Source: Clostridia bacterium
GTDB taxonomy: Bacteria; Bacillota; Clostridia; UBA1381
Length of the DNA: 64,000 nt
Direction of reading: 5' to 3'
Assembly: GCA_034090805.1 (NCBI GenBank)
Contig: JAXDRV010000138.1
Span: 66,188 to 130,187 of the forward strand
The translations under genes and the position numbers were made by a program. The notes under the pieces are model-generated. The model saw only the letters and a list, made by a program, of their open reading frames with translations. It was not told the origin of the DNA and did no database searches. This document shows, in pieces, positions 37,432 through 46,600 of the stretch (positions within the stretch are counted from its first letter, which is position 1; each line of letters opens with the position of its first letter).

Positions 37432-38322
37432 ATGAATAAGAAAATGCTGTTTGTGTTTAATCCGCACTCCGGCAAGGGTCAGCTGAAAAACAGCCTGTTT
37501 GACATTATCGATATTTTCACAAAGGGCGGATATGAGGTTACGGTTCATCCCACACAAGAGAAAAATGACGCTTTCAGAGTCATAAGAGCGGAGGCGAGCG
37601 GGTTTGACGTTGTTGTTGTGTCCGGCGGTGACGGAACGCTCAACGAGGCGGTCAGAGGTGTTATGAGCTTTCCGCAGGAGGAAAGACCGCCGATAGGATA
37701 TATTCCGTCCGGTACGACAAACGATTTTGCTTCAAGCAGAGGTATACCCAAGGAGCCTGTCAAGGCGGCGGAAAAGATAGTGAACGGAACGGCTGTTCCG
37801 GGTGACATCGGAATGCTTAACGGAAACCCGTTTTGTTATGTTGCCGCATTCGGTGCGTTTACGGACGTTCCGTATGATACTCCGCAGGGAGCGAAAAACG
37901 TCCTCGGTCAGGCGGCGTATCTTATGGAGGGGATAAAGCGTCTGCCGAATATAGAATCGATTCATATCAGGCTTGAAAGCGAGGAGGCGGACATAGACGA
38001 TTATTTCTGCGTCGGCTGTGTGCTTAATTCAACAAGTATGGCGGGGATAAGCTTTGACGGAAAATATGGTGTAGAGCTTGATGACGGATTGTTTGAAGCG
38101 GCACTCGTTAAAATGCCCGTTTCGCTTATACAGGCGCAGGAGCTTGTTTGGACAGTGATTAAGGGCGAGGAGGATACGGAAAAGTTTCGGCTTATACGCT
38201 CCTCCGAATTTGTGCTTGATTTTGACGAGGAGGTCAAATGGACGCTCGACGGCGAATACGGCGGCGCATACCGTCATGCGGAAATAAAGGTGGAAAATAA
38301 AGCTGTGAGCTTTATATTATAA
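37432..38322 (+). CDS. Diacylglycerol-kinase-family lipid kinase (YegS/DagK-like)
   Basis: N-terminus MLFVFNPHSGKG and motif VVSGGDGTLNEA. RBS GGGAGGAG. Confidence 0.85.
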   Translation: MNKKMLFVFNPHSGKGQLKNSLFDIIDIFTKGGYEVTVHPTQEKNDAFRVIRAEASGFDVVVVSGGDGTLNEAVRGVMSFPQEERPPIGYIPSGTTNDFASSRGIPKEPVKAAEKIVNGTAVPGDIGMLNGNPFCYVAAFGAFTDVPYDTPQGAKNVLGQAAYLMEGIKRLPNIESIHIRLESEEADIDDYFCVGCVLNSTSMAGISFDGKYGVELDDGLFEAALVKMPVSLIQAQELVWTVIKGEEDTEKFRLIRSSEFVLDFDEEVKWTLDGEYGGAYRHAEIKVENKAVSFIL

Positions 38323-38496
38323 AATAAATTTAAGAAGGGTAATATTAACGTGAAAAATCACGTTAATTGGATTTAATTGCCCGTGCGATTTTCGCCTGCG
38401 GCGAACGCACATGGGCATGATTTTCACTTAACGCCTTGTCAGCCCACAGACAAGAACAGTTAAGATTTTTAATGACTATTTGAGGGCAGAAAGGCT

Positions 38497-39012
38497 ATGG
38501 AAATTAATATGCAGGGAATTGTACAGTCGATTGTAACGGGATTATCGGGAAAAATATCAAAGGAGTTTATTGTTTTTCTGGTGTCCATGATACCGCTTTT
38601 GGAGCTGAGAGGCTCGATACTTGCCGCAGGATTTATGAATATGGATTTTTTGCGGACGTTTATCGCCGCCGTGATAGGCAATATGCTGCCGATTCCGTTT
38701 ATTTTAATATTTATTGAAGCGATTTTCAATTGGATGAAAAAAACAAAGCATTTCAGAAAGCTCGCCTGCGGAATTGAGAAAAAGGCGCTTTCAAAGTCGG
38801 AGCAAATAGAAAAATACGGTTATTTGGGACTGTATCTTTTTGTGGCGATACCTCTGCCGGGAACGGGAGCGTGGACGGGGAGCTTAATCTCTGTTCTTTT
38901 CGGAATGAAACGTTGGAAATCGCTGTTTTTCATCTTTTTGGGAGTGCTTACGGCGGGGCTGATTATGTCGCTTTTGGCTTTCGGCATAATACAGAACATA
39001 TTTTATCATTAA
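38497..39012 (+). CDS. Small multidrug-export-like (COG2426-type) membrane protein
   Basis: Four to five TM segments. Sequence PLLELRGSILAAG...IPLPGTGAWTGSL. ATG 38509 is an equally plausible start. Confidence 0.7.
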   Translation: MEINMQGIVQSIVTGLSGKISKEFIVFLVSMIPLLELRGSILAAGFMNMDFLRTFIAAVIGNMLPIPFILIFIEAIFNWMKKTKHFRKLACGIEKKALSKSEQIEKYGYLGLYLFVAIPLPGTGAWTGSLISVLFGMKRWKSLFFIFLGVLTAGLIMSLLAFGIIQNIFYH

Positions 39013-39048
39013 AATTTAATCAAAATGTATAAAAATATAAAATTAGTC

Positions 39049-39077
39049 TTGACAAACATTTTTATACATGGTATTAT
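39049..39077 (+). promoter_or_regulatory. Strong promoter upstream of glnA leader
   Basis: TTGACA (39049-39054), 17-nt spacer, TATTAT (39072-39077), with TGG giving an extended -10. Confidence 0.6.
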
Positions 39078-39090
39078 AATAAGCAAGCAA

Positions 39091-39125
39091 GGACGCTGCC
39101 TACAGGATAGGAGCGTCCTTTTTCG
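39091..39125 (+). terminator. Intrinsic terminator inside the glnA leader
   Basis: GGACGCT-G-CCTA-CAGGA-TAGG-AGCGTCC followed by TTTTTCGTTT. It lies 85 nt upstream of the glnA start. Confidence 0.75.
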
Positions 39126-39207
39126 TTTATGACATATAATTTACGCCTTTGGAACGGAGGGCGAAGCTACGGTATTTAAGATTTAATCTCGGAAAGGAGA
39201 GTTTGCG

Positions 39208-40533
39208 TTGACAAAGCAGGATATTATAAAATTGGCTGAGGAAGAAGACGTAAGATTTGTAAGACTTCAGTTTACGGATATGCTTGGGCATATCAGAAAT
39301 ATGGCGGTTACTGTGTCAAAGCTCGGAGATGCGCTGGATAATCGTTGTATGTTTGACGGTTCGGCAATAGAGGGTTTTGCCGATATAGAGGAAAGTGATT
39401 TATATCTGCATCCCGACCTTGATACGTTCACCATATTCCCGTGGAGACCGCATCAGGGCAAGGTTGCAAGGCTGATATGTGACATATACACGCCCGATGG
39501 CGAGCCTCTCGCCTTTGATTCAAGGCTTGTTCTTAAAAAGGCGGTTGCCGAGGCGAAGGCTCTCGGCTATGATTTCGGAGTAGGTGCGGAATGTGAATTT
39601 TTCCTGTTCAAAACGGACGACAGCGGGAACCCGCTGCCGGAGCCGCACGATGAGGCGACATATTTTGACATTGCTCCGCTTGACGGGGGCGAAAACTGCC
39701 GCCGCGATATATGCCTTACATTGGAGGAAATGGGATACGGCGTTGAAGCGTCGCACCATGAGATTGCAAACGGACAGCATGAGATAGTTTTGCAGTATGC
39801 CGATGCGCTCACGATGGCGGACAGGCTTGTGACGTTCAGAATGGTTGCGAAAACTCTCGCAAGACGAAACGGTATGCACGCAACGTTCATGCCGAAGCCT
39901 TTTGAGGGACAGCCCGGAAACGGTATGCACCTTACGCTGTCACTGTCAAAGGACGGAAAAAATGTTTTCTATGATGAAAACGATCCGAAAAAATTCTCGG
40001 ATACGGCATATAAATTTATAGCGGGACTTTTAAAGTATACGCCAGACATAACGTGTATCACAAATCCTACGGTCAATTCCTATAAGAGGTTTGTGCCGGG
40101 GTATGAGGCACCGTGCTATATTTCATGGTCTGAAAAGAACCGCAGTCTGCTTGTGAGAATCCCAAGCTGCTGCAGCGGGGGCAACGCAAGAATAGAATAC
40201 CGCTCGCCGGATCCGACCGCAAATCCGTATCTTGCGCTTGCGGCGTGCTTAAAGGCGGGATTGCAGGGAATTAAGGATAATTTGCCTTTGCCGCCGTCGG
40301 TTGACGTGAATATTTACAAGCTGACCGAGGAGGAACGTGAGGCGATCGGAGTGAAAAATCTTCCGATAAGCCTTAACGAGGCAATATCTATCGCAAAGAA
40401 ATCCGACTTCATAACGGAGCTTTTGGGAAGAGATATGAAGAAAAAGTACCTGGACGCAAAAGCGTCTGAGTACGGCGAATACAGAAAAATTATAAGCGAG
40501 TGGGAGTTAAACACCTATATGCTCAGATACTGA
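39208..40533 (+). CDS. glnA: Glutamine synthetase, type I
   Basis: TTG start after GGAAAGGAGAG. Motifs FDGSAIEGF, KPFEGQPGNGMHLTLSL, NPTVNSYKR. Confidence 0.93.
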   Translation: MTKQDIIKLAEEEDVRFVRLQFTDMLGHIRNMAVTVSKLGDALDNRCMFDGSAIEGFADIEESDLYLHPDLDTFTIFPWRPHQGKVARLICDIYTPDGEPLAFDSRLVLKKAVAEAKALGYDFGVGAECEFFLFKTDDSGNPLPEPHDEATYFDIAPLDGGENCRRDICLTLEEMGYGVEASHHEIANGQHEIVLQYADALTMADRLVTFRMVAKTLARRNGMHATFMPKPFEGQPGNGMHLTLSLSKDGKNVFYDENDPKKFSDTAYKFIAGLLKYTPDITCITNPTVNSYKRFVPGYEAPCYISWSEKNRSLLVRIPSCCSGGNARIEYRSPDPTANPYLALAACLKAGLQGIKDNLPLPPSVDVNIYKLTEEEREAIGVKNLPISLNEAISIAKKSDFITELLGRDMKKKYLDAKASEYGEYRKIISEWELNTYMLRY

Positions 40534-40560
40534 TAAAATCAACGGCAGGGGGGATAGGCA

Positions 40561-41082
40561 GTGGAACGTGTTGTGCTGGCGTTTTCGAGAGAGGAAACGG
40601 CGAATAAGATAAAGCATATGCTTGACGGCTCGGGCTACGAGGTATGTGCCGTATGCCGCACTGCCTCGGAACTGCTGCGGTACACTGCCGATTACGATGT
40701 GTCGCTTGTGATAATGGGGTATAAGCTGGGCGGCGAGCTGGCGGATACGATCGCTGACGATCTTCCGCACGGGACGAAGCTTATGGCGATCGTAAGAGCC
40801 GAAAACAGCGACCTTATCTCAAACGAGGAAATTTTCGTGCTGACGCTGCCGGTTGACAGGAGGACGCTTTTGTCCTCGGCGGAGATTTTCCTCGGAGCGA
40901 TAAACAAGAATAAAAAAACAAGGCGCGACCCCGAAGAACAAAAGGTAATAGACGAGGCGAAGCTCTGGCTTATGGAAAAATACCGTATGACTGAGGAGCA
41001 GGCGCATCGTTTTATTCAAAAAAGAAGTATGGACACCGGCGCAAAGTTCATTGATACTGCAAGGCTCATACTGCACGTATAA
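40561..41082 (+). CDS. ANTAR-domain response-regulator-like protein (RNA-binding antiterminator family)
   Basis: GTG start after GGGGGGA. The C-terminal sequence IDEAKLWLMEKYRMTEEQAHRFIQKRSMDTGAKFIDTARLIL matches the ANTAR pattern. Confidence 0.8.
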   Translation: MERVVLAFSREETANKIKHMLDGSGYEVCAVCRTASELLRYTADYDVSLVIMGYKLGGELADTIADDLPHGTKLMAIVRAENSDLISNEEIFVLTLPVDRRTLLSSAEIFLGAINKNKKTRRDPEEQKVIDEAKLWLMEKYRMTEEQAHRFIQKRSMDTGAKFIDTARLILHV

Positions 41083-41122
41083 TCATTTTTGATGACGGCA
41101 TAAGCCGCCGAATGCTATAAAG

Positions 41123-41263
41123 TAGGTAATTGTAAAATGTAGGTTTGGGATTTGAGAGTATTTTGAGTTTATTCGCACTCAAACATCCCTTGAGGTAACT
41201 CGTCCGAGCAAACTCAAAAACACTCTCAAATTTTGAGGAAATCTCGAGTTTTACAATTGCCTG
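41123..41263 (+). mobile_element. MITE-like repeat, short form
   Basis: Ends TAGGTAATTGTAAAAT ... GTTTTACAATTGCCTG. Flanking 8-mers CTATAAAG (41115-41122) / TTATAAAG (41264-41271). Confidence 0.88.
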
Positions 41264-41287
41264 TTATAAAGATAAAGGAGTAAACTC

Positions 41288-42133
41288 ATGCAGACAATTA
41301 ATTTCACAAAAATGCACGGAGCCGGAAACGACTACATTTACGTAAACTGCTTTAAGGAAAAGGTGGAAAACATAAATGAAACCGCAAAAAAATTAAGCGA
41401 CAGGCACTTTGGCATAGGCTCGGACGGACTTGTGCTTATCTGCCCGTCCGATAAGGCGGATTTCAGAATGGATATGTACAACAGCGACGGCTCACAGGCG
41501 GAGATGTGCGGCAACGCAACACGCTGTGTCGGCAAATACGTCTATGATAAGGGACTGACCGACAAAACGGAAATAACACTCGAAACGCTTGCGGGGATAA
41601 AAATCCTTAAGCTAAATGTCGTTGACGGCAGCGTAAAAAGCGTATGCGTGAATATGGGTTCGCCGGAGCTTACACCTAAGAACATTCCGATAGACAGCAG
41701 CCTTGACAGGTTTATACAGCAGCCTGTGGAGGTGGAAGGAAGGGAGTATCTTGTTACGGGAGTATCAATGGGAAATCCTCATGCGGTGACGTTTATCGAT
41801 GATACCGACAGCCTTGAGATAGAAAAGATAGGACCGAAATTTGAAAATCATGAATTATTCCCAAGGCGCATAAATACCGAATTTGCTCAGATTGTCGACA
41901 GAGGTACGATAAAAATGAGAGTATGGGAAAGAGGAGCCGGCGAAACGCTTGCCTGCGGAACGGGAGCGTGCGCAACGCTCGTTGCGGCGGCGCTGTCCGA
42001 TTTTGTTGATGATGAGGCGGATTTGAAGCTTATCGGCGGCACGCTCCATATTAAATGGGATAAAGAAGAAAATAATATTTACATGACCGGCCCGGCGGAA
42101 TTTGTATTCGACGGAACGGTAACAATAGATTAA
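41288..42133 (+). CDS. dapF: Diaminopimelate epimerase
   Basis: Motif MHGAGNDY and the two catalytic Cys motifs MCGNATRC and ACGTGACA. Confidence 0.93.
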   Translation: MQTINFTKMHGAGNDYIYVNCFKEKVENINETAKKLSDRHFGIGSDGLVLICPSDKADFRMDMYNSDGSQAEMCGNATRCVGKYVYDKGLTDKTEITLETLAGIKILKLNVVDGSVKSVCVNMGSPELTPKNIPIDSSLDRFIQQPVEVEGREYLVTGVSMGNPHAVTFIDDTDSLEIEKIGPKFENHELFPRRINTEFAQIVDRGTIKMRVWERGAGETLACGTGACATLVAAALSDFVDDEADLKLIGGTLHIKWDKEENNIYMTGPAEFVFDGTVTID

Positions 42134-42152
42134 ATATATCTGAAAGGACTGT

Positions 42153-43370
42153 TTGAAAATGGCAAAAATCAATGATAATTATCTCAAGCTGCCCGGCAGC
42201 TATCTGTTTTCGACGATAGCCAAAAAGGTTGCCGCATACACAGCGGCTCACCCGGAGAAAGAGGTAATCAAAATGGGTATAGGCGACGTAACAAAGCCGC
42301 TTGCCCCGGCGGTGGTTGAGGCTCTGCACAAGGCTGCCGACGAAATGGGAACGGCGGAGGGCTTCAGAGGCTACGGCCCGGAGCAGGGATATGATTTTCT
42401 CCGTGAGGCAATAGTGGAAAACGACTATAAGGCAAGAGGCATAGATATTGAAGCGGACGAGATTTTTGTTTCCGACGGCGCAAAGTCCGACTGCGGAAAC
42501 ATCGGCGATATTTTCTCTGCCGACAATAAGGTTGCCGTGTGCGATCCCGTTTATCCGGTATATGTGGATACAAACGCAATGGCGGGGCGTGCGGGAGATT
42601 TTATCGGAAGTCACTGGAGCAAGCTTTATTATATGCCGTGCGTTGAAGAAAACGGATTTTTGCCGGAGCTGCCCAAGGAAAAGGTGGATATGATTTACCT
42701 TTGCTTCCCGAATAATCCAACGGGCGAGGCCGCAACTCGTGAGCAGCTTAAGGAATGGGTTGACTACGCAAAGGAAAACGGCTCTGTTATCCTGTACGAC
42801 AGCGCATACGAGGCATTTATAACGGACGAAAACGTACCTCATTCGATTTATGAAATAGAGGGAGCAAAAGACGTTGCGATAGAGTTCAGAAGCTTCTCAA
42901 AAACAGCGGGCTTCACCGGTACACGATGCGCATATACGGTTGTTCCCAAAGCACTTGTTGTTGAGGGGACGCCGCTTAATTCACTGTGGAACAGACGTCA
43001 ATGCACAAAATTTAACGGTGTGCCGTATGTGATACAGAGAGCCGCCGAGGCGGTTTATTCCGAAGAGGGCAAAAAGCAGGTGAGGGAAACGATAGAATAT
43101 TATCTTGAAAATGCGAAGATAATAAAGAATGCCCTGTCCGAAGCGGGATTGTCCGTTTACGGAGGTGTAAATTCGCCGTATGTATGGGCGAAAACACCGA
43201 ACGGAATGAAGTCGTGGGAATTTTTTGACAAGCTGCTTGAGGAGGCGAACGTTGTAACGACTCCCGGCGAGGGCTTTGGCCCAAGCGGCGAGGGATATAT
43301 AAGACTTACCGCCTTTAACACAAAGGAAAATACGGAAAAAGCCATGGAAAGAATAAAGGCTGTTCTTTAA
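42153..43370 (+). CDS. dapL: LL-diaminopimelate aminotransferase
   Basis: N-terminus [24 protein letters not shown] and PLP-lysine motif [15 protein letters not shown]. Confidence 0.85.
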   Translation: MKMAKINDNYLKLPGSYLFSTIAKKVAAYTAAHPEKEVIKMGIGDVTKPLAPAVVEALHKAADEMGTAEGFRGYGPEQGYDFLREAIVENDYKARGIDIEADEIFVSDGAKSDCGNIGDIFSADNKVAVCDPVYPVYVDTNAMAGRAGDFIGSHWSKLYYMPCVEENGFLPELPKEKVDMIYLCFPNNPTGEAATREQLKEWVDYAKENGSVILYDSAYEAFITDENVPHSIYEIEGAKDVAIEFRSFSKTAGFTGTRCAYTVVPKALVVEGTPLNSLWNRRQCTKFNGVPYVIQRAAEAVYSEEGKKQVRETIEYYLENAKIIKNALSEAGLSVYGGVNSPYVWAKTPNGMKSWEFFDKLLEEANVVTTPGEGFGPSGEGYIRLTAFNTKENTEKAMERIKAVL

Positions 43371-43454
43371 TATATAGGGACAAGGGCGTCTCGGATACGG
43401 TGCGGTTTATGCCGTACCTGTATGTCCGTGCGCCCTTATTTTATCTATTTGTAA

Positions 43455-43665
43455 CTGCCCAATACACATTTTCTCTGGAATTTGAGATATTTCTGATTAA
43501 GCTTCCGCTCAGACACCCCTCACTTCGTTTGGGAACTCGCCGAAACTCAATCAGAAACATCACAAATTCCCCCAAAGCTGTAACAACTTGTAGGATTTGA
43601 GAGTATTTTTGAGTCTGTATAAACTCAAAAATACTCTCAAATCGAAAACCGAAATACTTATTATT
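43455..43665 (-). repeat. Decayed composite copy of the MITE-like family, reverse orientation
   Basis: Region 43477-43570 is the reverse complement of module B. Region 43593-43643 is a shortened module A forming a perfect 21-bp stem. The TIRs are eroded. Confidence 0.8.
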
Positions 43666-43692
43666 TTGTCTATCAGGAAAGGAATGAAAGAA

Positions 43693-46600
43693 ATGGAATA
43701 TAACGGATTACCCCAAAAACAGGGTCTTTACGATCCGCAGTTTGAGCATGATGCGTGCGGTATAGGCTTTATCGCAAACATAAAGGGAAAGACCTCGCAC
43801 GGAATTATAAACCAGGCAATTCAGATTTTGAAAAATCTTGCACACAGAGGCGGAGTCGGCTCCGATCCCGATACGGGTGACGGTGCGGGCATACTTATTC
43901 AGATGCCGCATACATTTATGAAGAAGGTGTGCAAAAACGAGGGCATAAAGCTGCCGAATAAGGGCGAATACGGCGTGGGTATGCTGTTTTTGTCGCCGGA
44001 TAAGGAAACGAGAGAGGAAAGCTTAAACAGGCTTACCAAAATCATTTCAGATGAAGGACAGACGCTTTTGGGCATAAGACGTGTGCCGGTGTACGAGGTT
44101 TGCATAGGCAGAGGCGCTCTTGATGCAATGCCGTATATCGTGCAGGTATTCATCGGAAAATCCTCGCCGGAGCTGAGCGCAGATGATTTTGAAAGACGTT
44201 TGTACGTTATCGGCAAAATCGCCGAGCGTGAAATCAGAAAAAGCGGTGTTGACAATTACTTCTATTTTGCATCGCTGTCGGCGCGGACTCTTGTATACAA
44301 GGGTATGCTTACGCCCGATCAGGTAAATAATTTTTATCTTGATTTAAAGGACGTGGATATGGAAACGGCGATAGCTTTGGTACACTCACGTTTTTCGACC
44401 AACACGTTCCCAAGCTGGGAAAGAGCGCATCCGAACCGATATATAATTCATAACGGAGAGATCAACACTATCCGCGGCAATGTCAACTGGGTAAAGGCAA
44501 GAGAGCATATGTTCATGACCCCGGAATTTGAAAATGACATGGATAAGATTCTGCCTGTAATCAACGAGGACGGCTCGGACTCGGCAATGCTCGACAATTA
44601 TCTGCAATTCCTGCATCTTTCGGGCTTCAGTCTGCCGAGAGCCGTTATGATGACTATCCCTGAGCCGTGGGAAAACAATACGGAAATGAAGCCGGAGATG
44701 AGGAAGTTTTACGAGTATCATTCGTGCATAACGGAGCCGTGGGACGGCCCGGCGGCAGTTGCGTTTACAGACGGAAGATTTGTCGGCGCAACGCTTGACA
44801 GAAACGGCTTAAGACCGGCGAGATATTACGTGACCTCAGACGATATGATAATCCTTTCCTCGGAGGTCGGAGTAACGGACGTTGACGAGGATAAGATTAT
44901 CAAAAAGGAAAGACTGCATCCGGGAAAAATGTTCCTTATCGACACAGAAAAGGGCAAGATAATAAGCGATGAGGAAATCAAGGAATACGAAGCAACGCAT
45001 AAGCCGTATTCGGAATGGGTTGACAAGACGCTTGTTGATATAGATAATCTCCCCAAATCGAAAACAAAGGGCGACACATGGCATGACCTTATTGAAAAAA
45101 TCAAGGCATCGGCAGTCGGCAACAGGCATTTTGACTTGATTTTAAGAAGCACGATAGAGCTTGAGAATATGTTTGTGAACCGTGAAAACGGCGAGGATAC
45201 TCTGCCGCTTTTGACACGTCAAAAAGCATTCGGCTACACGTGGGAGGACGTAAACAACACAATCAAGCAGATAGTGTTAAAGGCAGACGATCCGATAGGC
45301 GCAATGGGAGCGGATATACCGCTTGCCGTTCTGTCCGAAAAGCCGCAGCTTTTGTATAACTATTTCAAGCAGCTTTTCGCCCAGGTAACAAACCCGCCGA
45401 TAGATGCAATAAGAGAGCAGATAGTAACCTCAACATATACACTTTTCGGTTGCGAGCAGAATCTGCTTACCTCGTCGGAGCTTAACTGCCGCAAGGTGCG
45501 CGCGAACAGTCCGATACTCACAAACGAGGAGCTTGAAAAGCTGCGCAATATCGAGCTTGAGGGCTTTAAGAGCATAACTATCCCAATGCTGTTTAACACA
45601 AAGCAGGAAAACGATATGGAAACTGCAATAGACACAATATGCACAGCAGCGGATATAGCTATAGAAAACGGATACAATATCATCATCCTTTCGGATAAGG
45701 GAGTATCAAAGGATAAAGCACCCATTCCGGCACTTCTTGCCGCATCGGGACTGCATCATCACCTTATCAGACAGGGTACGAGAATGAAGGCATCGATCGT
45801 TCTTGAAACGGGCGAGCCGAGAGAGGTGCATCATTTTGCCTGCCTCATAGGCTACGGTGTAAACGGAGTGAATCCGTATCTTGCACTTGAGAGCGTTCGT
45901 GAGCTTGTTGATGAAAAGATAATCGACATGGACTACGAAACGGCAGAGGTAAATTACAGAACCGCCTGCACAAAGGGAATTGTCAAGGTAATGTCAAAAA
46001 TGGGTATCTCGACTATTCAGTCATACCAGGGCGCACAGATTTTTGAGGCTCTCGGTATAAGGGAAAGTGTTGTTGAAAAGTATTTCACCGGCACGGCAAC
46101 GAGAATCGGCGGTATCGGAACAGAGCATATCCAAAAAGAGGTAATGCTTCGCCATGACGAGGCATTCAGCAAGGTAAACGGCAAAAAAGCATTAAAAACG
46201 GGCGGAGAATACAAATGGAGAGCCAACGGCGAATACCATATGTTCAACCCGATTTCCATATACAAGCTCCAGACTGCGTGCAGAACGGGCGATTATAAGC
46301 TGTATAAGGAATATGCCGACGAAATGAACGCACACAATGACAAGTTGTGTACGATAAGAAGTATGCTTGACATAAAAACCATAGATAAGCCTATTGCAAT
46401 AGACAGCGTGGAAAGCGTGGACAGCATTGTAAAACGCTTTAAGACGGGCGCAATGTCCTACGGTTCGATAAGCCTTGAGGCGCATGAGTGCCTTGCGATA
46501 GCAATGAACCGTTTGGGCGGAAAGTCGAACAGCGGCGAGGGCGGCGAGAATCCCGACCGATATATTTCGGACGAAAACGGCGATTCACGCTCAAGCGCAA

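Noticed and set aside
39126-39207. Glutamine riboswitch (glnA RNA motif) or TnrA/GlnR box upstream of glnA.
   Set aside because: The sequence CGCCTTTGGAACGGAGGGCGAAGCTACGG only loosely recalls the glnA motif, which as far as I know is cyanobacterial/marine. No TGTNA-N7-TNACA site was found.
42051-42842. Long antisense ORFs inside well-supported genes (42051-42842, 47830-48594, 54647-55291, 2296-2994, 1455-2132, 26101-26613).
   Set aside because: They lie fully within and opposite to genes with clear family motifs. They have no RBS and give low-complexity, Cys/Arg-rich translations typical of shadow frames.
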